A stretch of 61,337 nucleotides of DNA from an uncultured virus (IMG/VR IMGVR_UViG_3300013119_000533) (lineage: Duplodnaviria > Heunggongvirae > Uroviricota > Caudoviricetes), in IMG/VR virus record IMGVR_UViG_3300013119_000533, positions 62,001 to 123,337 of that record; one strand, given 5' to 3'. The translations under genes were made by a program, and so were the position numbers. Below are positions 27,449 through 36,490 of the stretch, one piece after another. Positions within the stretch are counted from its first letter, which is position 1. Each line of letters starts with the position of its first letter. Under the pieces are notes generated by a model. It had not been told where the DNA came from. It was given only the letters and a program-made list of their open reading frames with translations, and ran no database searches.

Positions 27449-28051
27449 TCACCTACTTTTCAGGGGTTTCACTATAGCGCCTTTAGCGCCGAACTTTTGT
27501 TTGGATTTGGGGCCCCCTTTCTTTGGTTTTGGTGGTTTTTTGGGATCTTCATAATTCAATTCAGATGAGGACGTACCTTCGATTATGCCATAATTGTCCC
27601 CTATCATAATAACATCAACTACCCTGTCCTGTGCCATTAAACTAGTTTCTTGATCTTCTACAAAAATCTCATATATAACTGGACACAACTCCTTTACTAC
27701 GTTATTGGGATCAATAAAAGATGAAATCCCAGTGACGATCGCCCTATGCTCCACAACTATAATTGCTTCGTCACTGTCTTCAGATCTACGAAAATTGAGA
27801 GACCCAATGACGCCATCTCTGTGTGGTTCAGGTATTGCACTTGTTGGTAACTTTCTAGAACTTATTATAATAGCAGGGTAACGTTTTCCTGCTGCATCTA
27901 CAGTTCTGGATCTACTCATATGATCGATTGCTGCTTCGGTGTCGACAACAACATCTCCCGACAGTGCAAGCACAGTCGAAGCCAAAACGAGCGTCCTCGA
28001 CGTTTCATAAGATTGAAGTTTTCTTTTTAACTTTTCTAGTTCTTCACTCAT
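27449..28051 (-). CDS. Paralogue 3 of the shared N-terminal-domain family, with only a Lys/Pro-rich tail (200 aa)
   Basis: PAIII..IP..H..EDSD..H.AIV.G..P....VIYE..V.M.G.NYGI pattern shared with the two upstream genes; ATGA coupling. Confidence 0.75.
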   Translation of the reverse strand: MSEELEKLKRKLQSYETSRTLVLASTVLALSGDVVVDTEAAIDHMSRSRTVDAAGKRYPAIIISSRKLPTSAIPEPHRDGVIGSLNFRRSEDSDEAIIVVEHRAIVTGISSFIDPNNVVKELCPVIYEIFVEDQETSLMAQDRVVDVIMIGDNYGIIEGTSSSELNYEDPKKPPKPKKGGPKSKQKFGAKGAIVKPLKSR

Positions 28052-29358
28052 ATCATTATCGCCTTTGTTATCAACTGTGATGACCCTTTTATAGAAGGAT
28101 GTATGTGATCCATCATCTCGACTTGTGGCGTAGATCCAGCAAAACTAAATGTAGAATACTTACTAGATATATGGTTATTGACCTCTGTAGTAAATCTACC
28201 ATAATGGTCTATCTTGGATTGATTGTCGAAATCATTTTTAGTATTAACTTTTCTTGTTTTACTTCCATTCCAAGGAAGGTTTACTAACATCACCCTGACC
28301 TCATATCCCGACTTTATTCCAAGAGCAACGATTGCATCAATATTCTTTTTTGCAAGATCAGCAGTGAATGATGTATTTCTATTCTTTCCATAACCGCCTC
28401 TTGCATGCTTTCCCCAACCTGATTGACCAAGAGCATCGTTTGTCCCTGCTGATACTATCATCACTTTTTTCTTTCCCGAAGTAGTTAGTGTCGTTTTCCC
28501 AAAATGTGCTTTAAGTCTTCGAAGTATCTGCGCTGTGGTGGCGCCCGAAAGAGCAACGGAGGTTTTGCATTGGTAATATAAGTTCTTACCTCGACAGTGA
28601 GGGTAATTTATGATTCCTTGACCGACGGCGGCGATGGTCATTCCAGCGGCGATACTATCCCCAACAATCAAAAATTCAGTTTCTTTGATGTCTGGTTTTT
28701 CTTTTATTGCATCTGCAAGGGATTTGCCAGGTGTTGTATTTTTTGGTGATGGTTTCGGTACACCCTTCGAGGCATCTTTTAATTTATTTGACTGCTTTTT
28801 TTTAAACTTGTCTTCCGTTTTGGGTTTGTCTTTTGGCTTAGGTGGTTTTTCCCCCTTAACATATGGCAGTCCAGATGCTTTTTGAGATCTTACTATTCCA
28901 TAATTTGGTCCAAGCATTCGCACGACGCAACTTCTGTTAGTCTGCATGTCAGTACCATCTTCCGATTCCCCAACTTCATATACGATTGTCAACATTTCAG
29001 CTGGTAATTTTGCGGGATTCACATGACTGCCCTGACCTGCGACGATGGCATAGTGCCTAGATAAAGTTATTGAGTTAGTTGTATCTGAGTCTTCATCTTT
29101 GGATACTATTCTCAAAGATGATAACACCTTATCGTGTGCTGGGGAAATTTGTGATACGGAGATCTTTTCTGTTTTTATTATTATAGCAGGAGTAAACTCT
29201 TCACTGTACCCCACCACTCTTGATTTGGATAGGTGTGCGGCCGCAGTGCGAAGTCTAGACTCAAACGATTCGCCTGGTGTGTGTGATACCACGTCTTCGT
29301 CGAGTACCTGATTACCAGAACCTGCTTCTGTAAATAAGGAATATTTATCTTTACTCAT
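28048..29358 (-). CDS. Paralogue 2: shared N-terminal domain + Lys/Pro linker + SGNH/GDSL hydrolase (436 aa)
   Basis: SGNH blocks IVGDS, SGAT, SAGTND, DHIHP; start moved to ATG 29358 (ATGA overlap with the upstream stop). Confidence 0.85.
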   Translation of the reverse strand: MSKDKYSLFTEAGSGNQVLDEDVVSHTPGESFESRLRTAAAHLSKSRVVGYSEEFTPAIIIKTEKISVSQISPAHDKVLSSLRIVSKDEDSDTTNSITLSRHYAIVAGQGSHVNPAKLPAEMLTIVYEVGESEDGTDMQTNRSCVVRMLGPNYGIVRSQKASGLPYVKGEKPPKPKDKPKTEDKFKKKQSNKLKDASKGVPKPSPKNTTPGKSLADAIKEKPDIKETEFLIVGDSIAAGMTIAAVGQGIINYPHCRGKNLYYQCKTSVALSGATTAQILRRLKAHFGKTTLTTSGKKKVMIVSAGTNDALGQSGWGKHARGGYGKNRNTSFTADLAKKNIDAIVALGIKSGYEVRVMLVNLPWNGSKTRKVNTKNDFDNQSKIDHYGRFTTEVNNHISSKYSTFSFAGSTPQVEMMDHIHPSIKGSSQLITKAIMI

Positions 29359-30758
29359 CTCTTGCGCTCCGCCCTCATAAATCCCGCTTTTTTGCCTGCG
29401 ACATGAGTTTCTAGGCTCCAATCATTTGGTCCTAAAGTAATTGTCTGCCCCTTGGCGAACGGTATCGAGTAGGTATATCCGTCCTTACCCCTAAACCTAT
29501 AGATATACCCTTCTTCCTTTACTTTTTTATTGTGGGCAGCTAAGACTTCCCTGAATTTCTTTAAGTTCTTAAGATAATTCTCCACTGTCTTTTTGGGGTT
29601 TCCTATAACTTTCCCTTTAATTGGACTATAGATTTTGGTGCCTTCGAGGGCGCCAATATCCAGTCCGCCGTGAGAAGTTCCTGCTGCCCTCTTTTGTCCA
29701 AATTCTGCAAAACCAGCTGGGGCGTACACGTTTCCACCTTTGCCTGAGTTTATGTAGTAATCCCATGCTTTACCCTTATTGAGTGGGTGTTTGTTGCATA
29801 CTTTGGCCAGGTGTCTGCGGGGATTATACTTTTTCTGTTTGCGGCCGCGCCATCTTACAACCTCGATATGAGTGTGAGGGAATTGATCCTTACCTTCCTT
29901 GTTCAAAGGGTCCATCATACCAGACCTGCCAACCATTCCTAAATAATCCCCAACCTCAACTTTGCCGTTTTCTAGAAGCGCTTCATTTACGGCTTGAAAA
30001 TGAAAGAATTTAAGAATATAGTTATCAATAAGAGAGTCATTATTGCCAACACCCACGAGCGAGACCCTCACGCCAGCCGACCAAGAACTTCTGACACTAT
30101 TGCCATACCCTGGAGCAAATCTAACCATATTATGTATAATGACATAAACTGCGATTGTGTGATTCAATTTTAAATCCTTAAATCCATTAGGTCCGTCTTC
30201 TGGTACTGGCACAACCACCAATTCGCCGCGAGGGTTGCGGTAAAACGCTGGTTTAGCTGGGGGTCGGTCGACTCCGAGTTCTATAGCACCAGACTTAATG
30301 TGAGAATCCACAATACCATAATCTGTCGACAACATTTGAACCCTAACTTCTCTAATGGTATTCTGATTGGTTGTAACATCCGTCGAAGAGTCTGTGAATT
30401 CATATATTACTGTAAATATCTCAGCAGGCATGGTAATTGCGTTTCGTCCTCCAGTAAGTCCCTCAACTGCACAATAATGCCTAATGACAGACATTGCAGT
30501 ATCTGAATCGGTATCCACGGATTCTGGATTTATTAAATCCCGTGCCTTTTGGTGAGCGTCTGGGATTTGAGATATACTTATCTTTTGCGACTTCAATATC
30601 AAGGCACTCCTCGTATTCAGTAATGATTCCGTCTTTGCTGAAGCGTGTGAGTTTAGGGACTCAATATTATCCGTGATGTCGGTGCCGACTGCTTGGGTTT
30701 TTGAAGTGTCCAACGTTGTGTCGGTCATAGAATAGTGTAGATATTTTGATGATGTCAC
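29355..30758 (-). CDS. Paralogue 1: shared N-terminal domain + circularly permuted M23 peptidase (467 aa)
   Basis: FFHF..VEVGDYLGMVGRSG..PHTHIEV..YNP comes before FG.KR..HGGLDIGALEGTKIYSPIKGKV; GTG start. Confidence 0.8.
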   Translation of the reverse strand: MTSSKYLHYSMTDTTLDTSKTQAVGTDITDNIESLNSHASAKTESLLNTRSALILKSQKISISQIPDAHQKARDLINPESVDTDSDTAMSVIRHYCAVEGLTGGRNAITMPAEIFTVIYEFTDSSTDVTTNQNTIREVRVQMLSTDYGIVDSHIKSGAIELGVDRPPAKPAFYRNPRGELVVVPVPEDGPNGFKDLKLNHTIAVYVIIHNMVRFAPGYGNSVRSSWSAGVRVSLVGVGNNDSLIDNYILKFFHFQAVNEALLENGKVEVGDYLGMVGRSGMMDPLNKEGKDQFPHTHIEVVRWRGRKQKKYNPRRHLAKVCNKHPLNKGKAWDYYINSGKGGNVYAPAGFAEFGQKRAAGTSHGGLDIGALEGTKIYSPIKGKVIGNPKKTVENYLKNLKKFREVLAAHNKKVKEEGYIYRFRGKDGYTYSIPFAKGQTITLGPNDWSLETHVAGKKAGFMRAERKR

Positions 30759-30759
30759 C

Positions 30760-31050
30760 CTAGTCCTCCGAAGAGTTTATCATCTCAAACAAGCTATCCT
30801 TTTCATCTTCGGAAATGGAGTTGTCGACCTTAGAACTCTTTTTGTGTTGTAGTGCTGCAATCTTAACTAACTGTTCATTTGACCTTTGAAGGGTTTCTAA
30901 ATACTTTGCCGCCACCAGGCCAACTTCTCGATGGCGGTCGGTTGTCTCTTGCATGTATTTCATCAGATTTGTCAACAAAACTTTCGTTGCGGCACGATCT
31001 TCGGTGACGTTTCTGGTTGCTTCTGATATTAATTCTTCAATCTCTTTCAT
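30760..31050 (-). CDS. Hypothetical helical protein (96 aa)
   Basis: Clean ORF in operon, preceded by CATATTTA motif. Confidence 0.75.
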   Translation of the reverse strand: MKEIEELISEATRNVTEDRAATKVLLTNLMKYMQETTDRHREVGLVAAKYLETLQRSNEQLVKIAALQHKKSSKVDNSISEDEKDSLFEMINSSED

Positions 31051-31062
31051 ACAATAAATATG

Positions 31063-31767
31063 CTAAATTTGAAATTTATCACCCCGTTCATATTTGATCA
31101 CAAAGTACTTATACCTTTCCCTCATCTTATTCAATGTATTTACTATCTGCTTTGTTTTGAGTCCAGTAATTTCTCTTAAATACAAATAGACCGCTTTTTT
31201 GTTTAAGATTTCTATATCCTCAACATTTTCTAAAAGTATCTTCACAGCAGACAATACTTTCTTTTCATTATCCTTGGTGAAGAGGTTTGAACCTTGCCAT
31301 CGATCAACCTCTAGTTTTAAATACCCCCAGAACTCGTACTTCTCTCGCCTATTGACATAACCTTCATCGTTGTATATCAACCGTTCGTGCTGGTTTTCTT
31401 TGACGATCTCCTCATAAGCAACCTCTCTTTTTACTTTTGTGGAATTCTTCTTGAACTGGTGAATGAACCAATGCTTCGTAATTACGGAAAAATAAGAAAA
31501 TGCTTTAGATCCTCTATTCGGGTCGTACTTGCTGAGAATAGTTGTTAACCAAACTTTACAATCGTCTTTCAGGACATCTATGTTTGGTATGTTTGTGAAG
31601 TTATAAGTGTAGATGATCTTATCAACCATCTCACTAAAGGCGGGTTGTATATATTGTACATACAGTTTTTCACGTTTATCTCTACTTTCAGTAGAACAAT
31701 ATTCGACTATTGCATCCTCGTGAACACTTGTAAAGTAATAATTTTTAGTCCTCTTCTTTCTCGGCAT
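31063..31767 (-). CDS. Phage RNA polymerase sigma-like factor (T4 gp55-type late sigma candidate)
   Basis: NYYFT..EDAIVEY N-terminus, region-2-like KYDPNRGSKAFSYFSVITKHWFI, C-terminal HTH-like YLYLREITGLKTKQIVNTLN. Confidence 0.7.
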   Translation of the reverse strand: MPRKKRTKNYYFTSVHEDAIVEYCSTESRDKREKLYVQYIQPAFSEMVDKIIYTYNFTNIPNIDVLKDDCKVWLTTILSKYDPNRGSKAFSYFSVITKHWFIHQFKKNSTKVKREVAYEEIVKENQHERLIYNDEGYVNRREKYEFWGYLKLEVDRWQGSNLFTKDNEKKVLSAVKILLENVEDIEILNKKAVYLYLREITGLKTKQIVNTLNKMRERYKYFVIKYERGDKFQI

Positions 31768-32053
31768 CCCCTTCCTCTTCTGTTTCTATCTCTACCAGTG
31801 CCATAAGGTCACCGTACTCATCTAGAGAATCTAAAATTCCTTTCGAGTGATCAATCAAAGCTTGCAAAGTCTGATCTCCATAAAACATCTCTGCTTCGTG
31901 AATTTGTTCCACATGCATCCTGAATACACTAATCATCTCGTACACCGAGTCTATGTTAGATCCGACAATCAACATACGGCGGGCGAGTCGCGTAGCGTAG
32001 AATATCAACAACCCGTTCAATACTACTGAAAATAATAAAAACAACTCAATCAT
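31745..32053 (-). CDS. Small membrane-anchored hypothetical protein (102 aa)
   Basis: N-terminal hydrophobic helix, acidic tail. Confidence 0.7.
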   Translation of the reverse strand: MIELFLLFSVVLNGLLIFYATRLARRMLIVGSNIDSVYEMISVFRMHVEQIHEAEMFYGDQTLQALIDHSKGILDSLDEYGDLMALVEIETEEEGDAEKEED

Positions 32054-32306
32054 CTTTGTAAACCTTACTCTTTAAATTCTTCTTCTCTTTTTTGATTTCA
32101 GATTTTGCTTCCTCAATATGAGATTTAACAACGTCGCCAGCTTTTGCCTTAAACTTGTCCTTATCTACCTTCTGCCCTATATCGGACACAACCTTGATGA
32201 TGTGATCGGATGAACATATCTCGCAGGATTCCTGCTCTTGATCCATCCTAAGAAAAGCGCTAAAATTCTCCTCACATTCTAAGCAAAGAAATTCATAAAT
32301 CGGCAT
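32046..32306 (-). CDS. FmdB-family zinc-ribbon protein
   Basis: MPIYEFLCLEC...CEICSS; start moved to ATG 32306. Confidence 0.85.
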   Translation of the reverse strand: MPIYEFLCLECEENFSAFLRMDQEQESCEICSSDHIIKVVSDIGQKVDKDKFKAKAGDVVKSHIEEAKSEIKKEKKNLKSKVYKDD

Positions 32307-32310
32307 TATA

Positions 32311-32517
32311 CTAATCGCTTCCAACTGTACTATTTGTTTCATTCACATCCATAAGATGCGATGTATCAATAGTTGGAGGGTTTAATATAATAATCTCCTC
32401 GTTTTCACCCAACATTAAATCAAACCCCCTCAATACTGGGGTGATATCCGTTTGCTTCATTAGTGAGTCTTGTAGTGCCAACATAATTGCACCAAGTGCT
32501 TGATCAGATAATTTCAT
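32311..32517 (-). CDS. Hypothetical protein (68 aa)
   Basis: AGGAGG RBS, ATGA coupling with cysC. Confidence 0.75.
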   Translation of the reverse strand: MKLSDQALGAIMLALQDSLMKQTDITPVLRGFDLMLGENEEIIILNPPTIDTSHLMDVNETNSTVGSD

Positions 32518-33056
32518 TTTTTTCCTCCTGTTTCTTCTAAAATAAAATTTACTAAATTTTCTACCGACTGGTCAATAGTTTCCTTATTGGTGTCGATAAT
32601 TAAATCTGCGTTCTTTGGTTCTTGGAATGGATCCGAAATGCCCGTAAAGTTCGGGATATGCTCAGGATCCGTTTTAGGTAAAAGTGCCTTTCTGTACAAT
32701 CCTTTGGGATCTCTCTCAATTAAGGTTTCAATATCACACTTAACATAAACAATCCTAGACAGCGGGTTGTCAGACTTTACCTCTCTCCGTATATCATCAT
32801 AAGGGTTTATTGCAGACATTACACAGACCACTTTGTTGCGGGACAAAACCTTCCCAACAAACGAAAGTCTTCTGATATTAGTGTTCCTGTCCTCTTTTGA
32901 AAACCCAAGGTCCTTGCAGAGTCCCTCTCTATATTCGTCACCGTCGATAACCTCTACATTATAACCCATCTCTCTTAGGCGGGTTTGTGCTAAAAAAGTC
33001 ATTGTAGACTTACCTGCGCCACTCATGCCTGTCATCTGTACAAAAATACCACTCAT
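32514..33056 (-). CDS. cysC: Adenylyl-sulfate (APS) kinase
   Basis: TGMSGAGKST P-loop, IDGD..R, LGFSKEDRNTNIRR, RDPKGLY, FTGISDPFQEP. Confidence 0.95.
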   Translation of the reverse strand: MSGIFVQMTGMSGAGKSTMTFLAQTRLREMGYNVEVIDGDEYREGLCKDLGFSKEDRNTNIRRLSFVGKVLSRNKVVCVMSAINPYDDIRREVKSDNPLSRIVYVKCDIETLIERDPKGLYRKALLPKTDPEHIPNFTGISDPFQEPKNADLIIDTNKETIDQSVENLVNFILEETGGKK

Positions 33057-33057
33057 A

Positions 33058-33459
33058 TTATTCTCCCAAATACCTTATTACTAAATCATGTATAGATGAG
33101 TCGACATTCTCACGCCAAGACTCATTGCTCTCTTTGATGTTGTTTCTAATTCCAGTAGCGGAAATAAACCCAATGTTCTGTGGAGGTACGTGCTCGTTAA
33201 GTTCATACCCAACTCCGCGTCCCCAATTGACACTTTCAATGTCTGGGATACAAACTACCTCCACGTCCTGCTCACTGTATACTTTTTGTATCATTTCTAC
33301 TGTCTGTTCTGTAGTAAAAGGATTCTTTTCATCGGGCGGGATATCCCTAACTGCGATCAAGATTGGTTTACCCTCGCTTAGCTTCTGGTTGATTAACCAC
33401 TTGTGTCCATTGTGAAATGGTTGCCACCTGCCAACAAACATTGCTCTCTTATTGATCAT
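33058..33459 (-). CDS. Small HxGH nucleotidyltransferase (cytidylyltransferase/NMNAT-like; possible minimal sulfate adenylyltransferase)
   Basis: GRWQPFHNGH, NPF, ISATGIR motifs; directly upstream of cysC. Confidence 0.8.
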   Translation of the reverse strand: MINKRAMFVGRWQPFHNGHKWLINQKLSEGKPILIAVRDIPPDEKNPFTTEQTVEMIQKVYSEQDVEVVCIPDIESVNWGRGVGYELNEHVPPQNIGFISATGIRNNIKESNESWRENVDSSIHDLVIRYLGE

Positions 33460-34318
33460 CCGAAATTGCCCTACCTTTTAGTTTTTCCCAATCCTTCTCT
33501 GGTCTTACATTTAAATTTGTCTTCCATGCGCCCTTCAACACCGCAAGGTCCAATCCGATTGAATCCGCAAATGTCATAAACGCATTAATATCTTTAGGGA
33601 AACAAGACCCTCCGAAACCCATCTTACCATCTGGTCCTGGCACCTGTAAGTGTGAATCACCTACACGTCCGTCCGATACAAAACCTCTGACGGCTTTTTC
33701 CCAATTAATCGTTCCTGTCTTCTCTGCCACCATATTCATCTCGTTCATAAAAGAAACCTTGACGGCAAAAAACAAATTATTAAAATACTTTATCATCTCA
33801 GCTGTTTCATAATTCGTTGTTATGAAATTATTTCCAGCAAACCTCAAATTATACAATTGCTTGACCTTATTAACTGACAAGTTTCGCTGTCCATCATCCA
33901 AGTCTGTCTCAAAACCCAATACGATTCTAGACTGGTTTAGAAAATCAAACCTAGCATGCCGCTCAGTTAGAAACTCAGGATTAAAAACAATTTGCAAATT
34001 GGGATGCTTCCTCTTTAAACCCCTGGTTGTGCCTGGTACAACTGTTGACTTTAGCACAAATACAGTCTTACTGCTTTGCTTCTTGCACACCTCAACTGCG
34101 TCGAATACGGACTCAACGATAGAGAGATCGATTGTACCATCACTTTTCATAGGGGTTGGAACAGATATAAACACAACATCCGTATCATTAACAACCTCCT
34201 CCAAAGTATTAAAAGACTTATCAGGATCTTTGTCAAAAATCTTTACCTCCATATATGGAATAAAAGCATGTGCGATTGCGTTTCCGACAAAACCGTTCCC
34301 AATAATACCTAACTTCAT
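33449..34318 (-). CDS. ugd: UDP-glucose/GDP-mannose dehydrogenase family protein (short form)
   Basis: GIIGNGFVG, SVPTP, KSTVVPGTT, FNPEFL, AEMIKY, GFGGSCFPKD. Confidence 0.9.
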   Translation of the reverse strand: MKLGIIGNGFVGNAIAHAFIPYMEVKIFDKDPDKSFNTLEEVVNDTDVVFISVPTPMKSDGTIDLSIVESVFDAVEVCKKQSSKTVFVLKSTVVPGTTRGLKRKHPNLQIVFNPEFLTERHARFDFLNQSRIVLGFETDLDDGQRNLSVNKVKQLYNLRFAGNNFITTNYETAEMIKYFNNLFFAVKVSFMNEMNMVAEKTGTINWEKAVRGFVSDGRVGDSHLQVPGPDGKMGFGGSCFPKDINAFMTFADSIGLDLAVLKGAWKTNLNVRPEKDWEKLKGRAISDDQ

Positions 34319-35184
34319 GACAACTCCTCTTTCAAAGTCTTAAATACGGACTCTAGTCCCTTTCCCAATTTAACCTTGCTCTCCCATCCGTGTGATTTAA
34401 ATTTTGACAAATTCGCTTTAGTCAACATTACATCACCTACTCGGGCATCAACATACTTAAACTCTTGCTCTGGAAAATATTGTAACACAATTTCTTTCAT
34501 TTCATTCAAACTAATATTATCCCCAGACCCAATGTCATACCAGTGTCCCCACAAATCGTCCTTATCGATATTCTCAGCACAAAAAATGTTTGCAGAAACA
34601 ATGTCGTCGACGTGGGTCATATCGCGACGCTGTTCTCCGTCACCCGTAATGAATGGTACTTTACCTTCTTTGATATATTTTTTCCAATTACAAACAACTG
34701 TAGCATATTCACTATCAGCAACTTGATCATAAGAGTAAACATTAAAATACCTCAATGCAACAGTCTTCAACCCATACAATTCACTGTACAATAGAGTCTC
34801 CAATTCACCAACATATTTAGAAAGTGCATACGGACTAGCGGGACCATTACCATTCCCAACAACAGATGATGAACTGCTGTAGATTACAGGAATGCCCTCT
34901 CTTTTCGCCCAATGCAAGATATTAGTAGTCGAATTAATGTTATTATTCATAACCACCGTAGGATGCTTTACACTAAACGCAACTCTAGGAATTGCTGCAA
35001 AATGCACAACTACATCAATAGGGTTGTTTTGGTGGTTGATGTGTAATTCTTTTACCTTCTTTGATAGGTCAAACTCGCGATTCCCATTCATATCATACCC
35101 CACATAGGTATGTCCGAGTTCTTCCCACTTCTTAACGAAGTTTCCGCCGATGTATCCTTCGTGTCCCGTTACCAACGCTCTCAT
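34315..35184 (-). CDS. NAD-dependent nucleotide-sugar epimerase/dehydratase
   Basis: LVTGHEGYIG, SSSSV, SPYALSK (YxxxK), LRYFNVY, GDGEQRRDMTHVDD. Confidence 0.92.
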   Translation of the reverse strand: MRALVTGHEGYIGGNFVKKWEELGHTYVGYDMNGNREFDLSKKVKELHINHQNNPIDVVVHFAAIPRVAFSVKHPTVVMNNNINSTTNILHWAKREGIPVIYSSSSSVVGNGNGPASPYALSKYVGELETLLYSELYGLKTVALRYFNVYSYDQVADSEYATVVCNWKKYIKEGKVPFITGDGEQRRDMTHVDDIVSANIFCAENIDKDDLWGHWYDIGSGDNISLNEMKEIVLQYFPEQEFKYVDARVGDVMLTKANLSKFKSHGWESKVKLGKGLESVFKTLKEELS

Positions 35185-35867
35185 TTGTATTTTAAATCCT
35201 TTAAGTGTTTCTCAAATTTTGGTAGTTCATGATCTGAACACAAATCCTTGTATGCCTCTGGGTCTTTTCCTATGGCACGGCCGTCGACCTTTCTCTTTCC
35301 ATAATTTGTCTCGTTGCCTTTACCAGCGCGGCCTAACACTGAAACATTCCAATCAAAGACCCAATCCTCAACATAATCTGGATAGTCTTTAAAACTATGC
35401 TCTGATTCTAATCCAAATTTCTCTTCCATTTGGTGCTGGACTTTTTCGGGATCCGTTACGAGATCTTCATATTTAACCTCAAGATCAATCAAGTTGCCAA
35501 ACAGGACCTTGTTTCTTTGGTCCATGGACTCAATCCACCTCTTCGGTTTAACATAGTTCCCATCTGACAGGACAACATCTCTCCCATCTCTAACTACGTT
35601 TATAACTCTAATGTCTTCTTTTAGAATATCAGCTGCTTGAAATTGGAACTCTGGTACCAACACGTTACTTAAAAGTGCTGGTGGGTGTCTCTTTCCTATT
35701 GTAAATCCGCTCTTGCTTTCATGCTTGACGAACTTGTCAAAGTCCATCTCATGACCGTCGAAACCCTCTTTGTAAATAACTTCCGTATCTTTAAATGCGT
35801 AACACATCCTCAAAAGTAATGTGGTGCCCGACTTCGCACATCCTGTAATAAAAATCTTCTTACTCAT
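35181..35867 (-). CDS. Sulfotransferase family protein
   Basis: ITGCAKSGTTLL (5'-PSB), VVRDGRDVVLS (3'-PB), VKYEDLVTDP; start moved to ATG 35867 (GGGAG RBS). Confidence 0.88.
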   Translation of the reverse strand: MSKKIFITGCAKSGTTLLLRMCYAFKDTEVIYKEGFDGHEMDFDKFVKHESKSGFTIGKRHPPALLSNVLVPEFQFQAADILKEDIRVINVVRDGRDVVLSDGNYVKPKRWIESMDQRNKVLFGNLIDLEVKYEDLVTDPEKVQHQMEEKFGLESEHSFKDYPDYVEDWVFDWNVSVLGRAGKGNETNYGKRKVDGRAIGKDPEAYKDLCSDHELPKFEKHLKDLKYK

Positions 35868-36490
35868 TATATCTCCCAAGTCTTATACTCTGGTTCTTTG
35901 GTTTTATTCGTATTGTGCATTCTATATCTATAGAACGGAATTCTTAAGTGATGAATTTTATACTCTTGCCCTAATCTTTTTCTCAATTCCTCTTCTTCTC
36001 TATGGCGCATCTTACCATTATATCCACCCATCTGTAAGAAGGGATCTCTACGATACATTATACCACAAGATATGTTGTCTTGTTCTGCATATCTTCTCTC
36101 TAGTGTGTTCTCGAAGTTGTCTACCATGAGATAATCGCAAGACACGCAAAAGGCGTCATGATTTGCTTCAAGGTAAGTCTTCATTATATAACACATATCT
36201 GAATTTACATAATCATCGGCATCCACTCTAATGAAGAATTGTCCTTTACTATTTTGGACACCCACATTTGCAGCGACAGCAACACCACCGTTGGTCCCTG
36301 TACTTACAACCTTGACATCTTCTTTGAACGGTTGCAGTGCTGCAATTGAGCCATCAGTACTACAATCGTCGACGACAATAACTTCATGATTGACGTGAGA
36401 TTGGTTTAAACAACTCCTCACAGCGCGAGAGATATATTTTTCATAATTATAATTTGTTATAATGACAGACACATCAGGATTAGAACTCAC
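35867..36490 (-). CDS. Glycosyltransferase family 2
   Basis: VSVIITNYNY, VVDDCSTD, RVDADD, YRYRMH; GTG start at 36490 with GGAG RBS. Confidence 0.92.
   Translation of the reverse strand: MSSNPDVSVIITNYNYEKYISRAVRSCLNQSHVNHEVIVVDDCSTDGSIAALQPFKEDVKVVSTGTNGGVAVAANVGVQNSKGQFFIRVDADDYVNSDMCYIMKTYLEANHDAFCVSCDYLMVDNFENTLERRYAEQDNISCGIMYRRDPFLQMGGYNGKMRHREEEELRKRLGQEYKIHHLRIPFYRYRMHNTNKTKEPEYKTWEI

Noticed and set aside
29359..29421. Longer starts given by the ORF track (also 36532, 41957, 32342, 50478, 35879)
   Set aside because: Downstream starts have better RBS or ATGA coupling and match the domain boundaries
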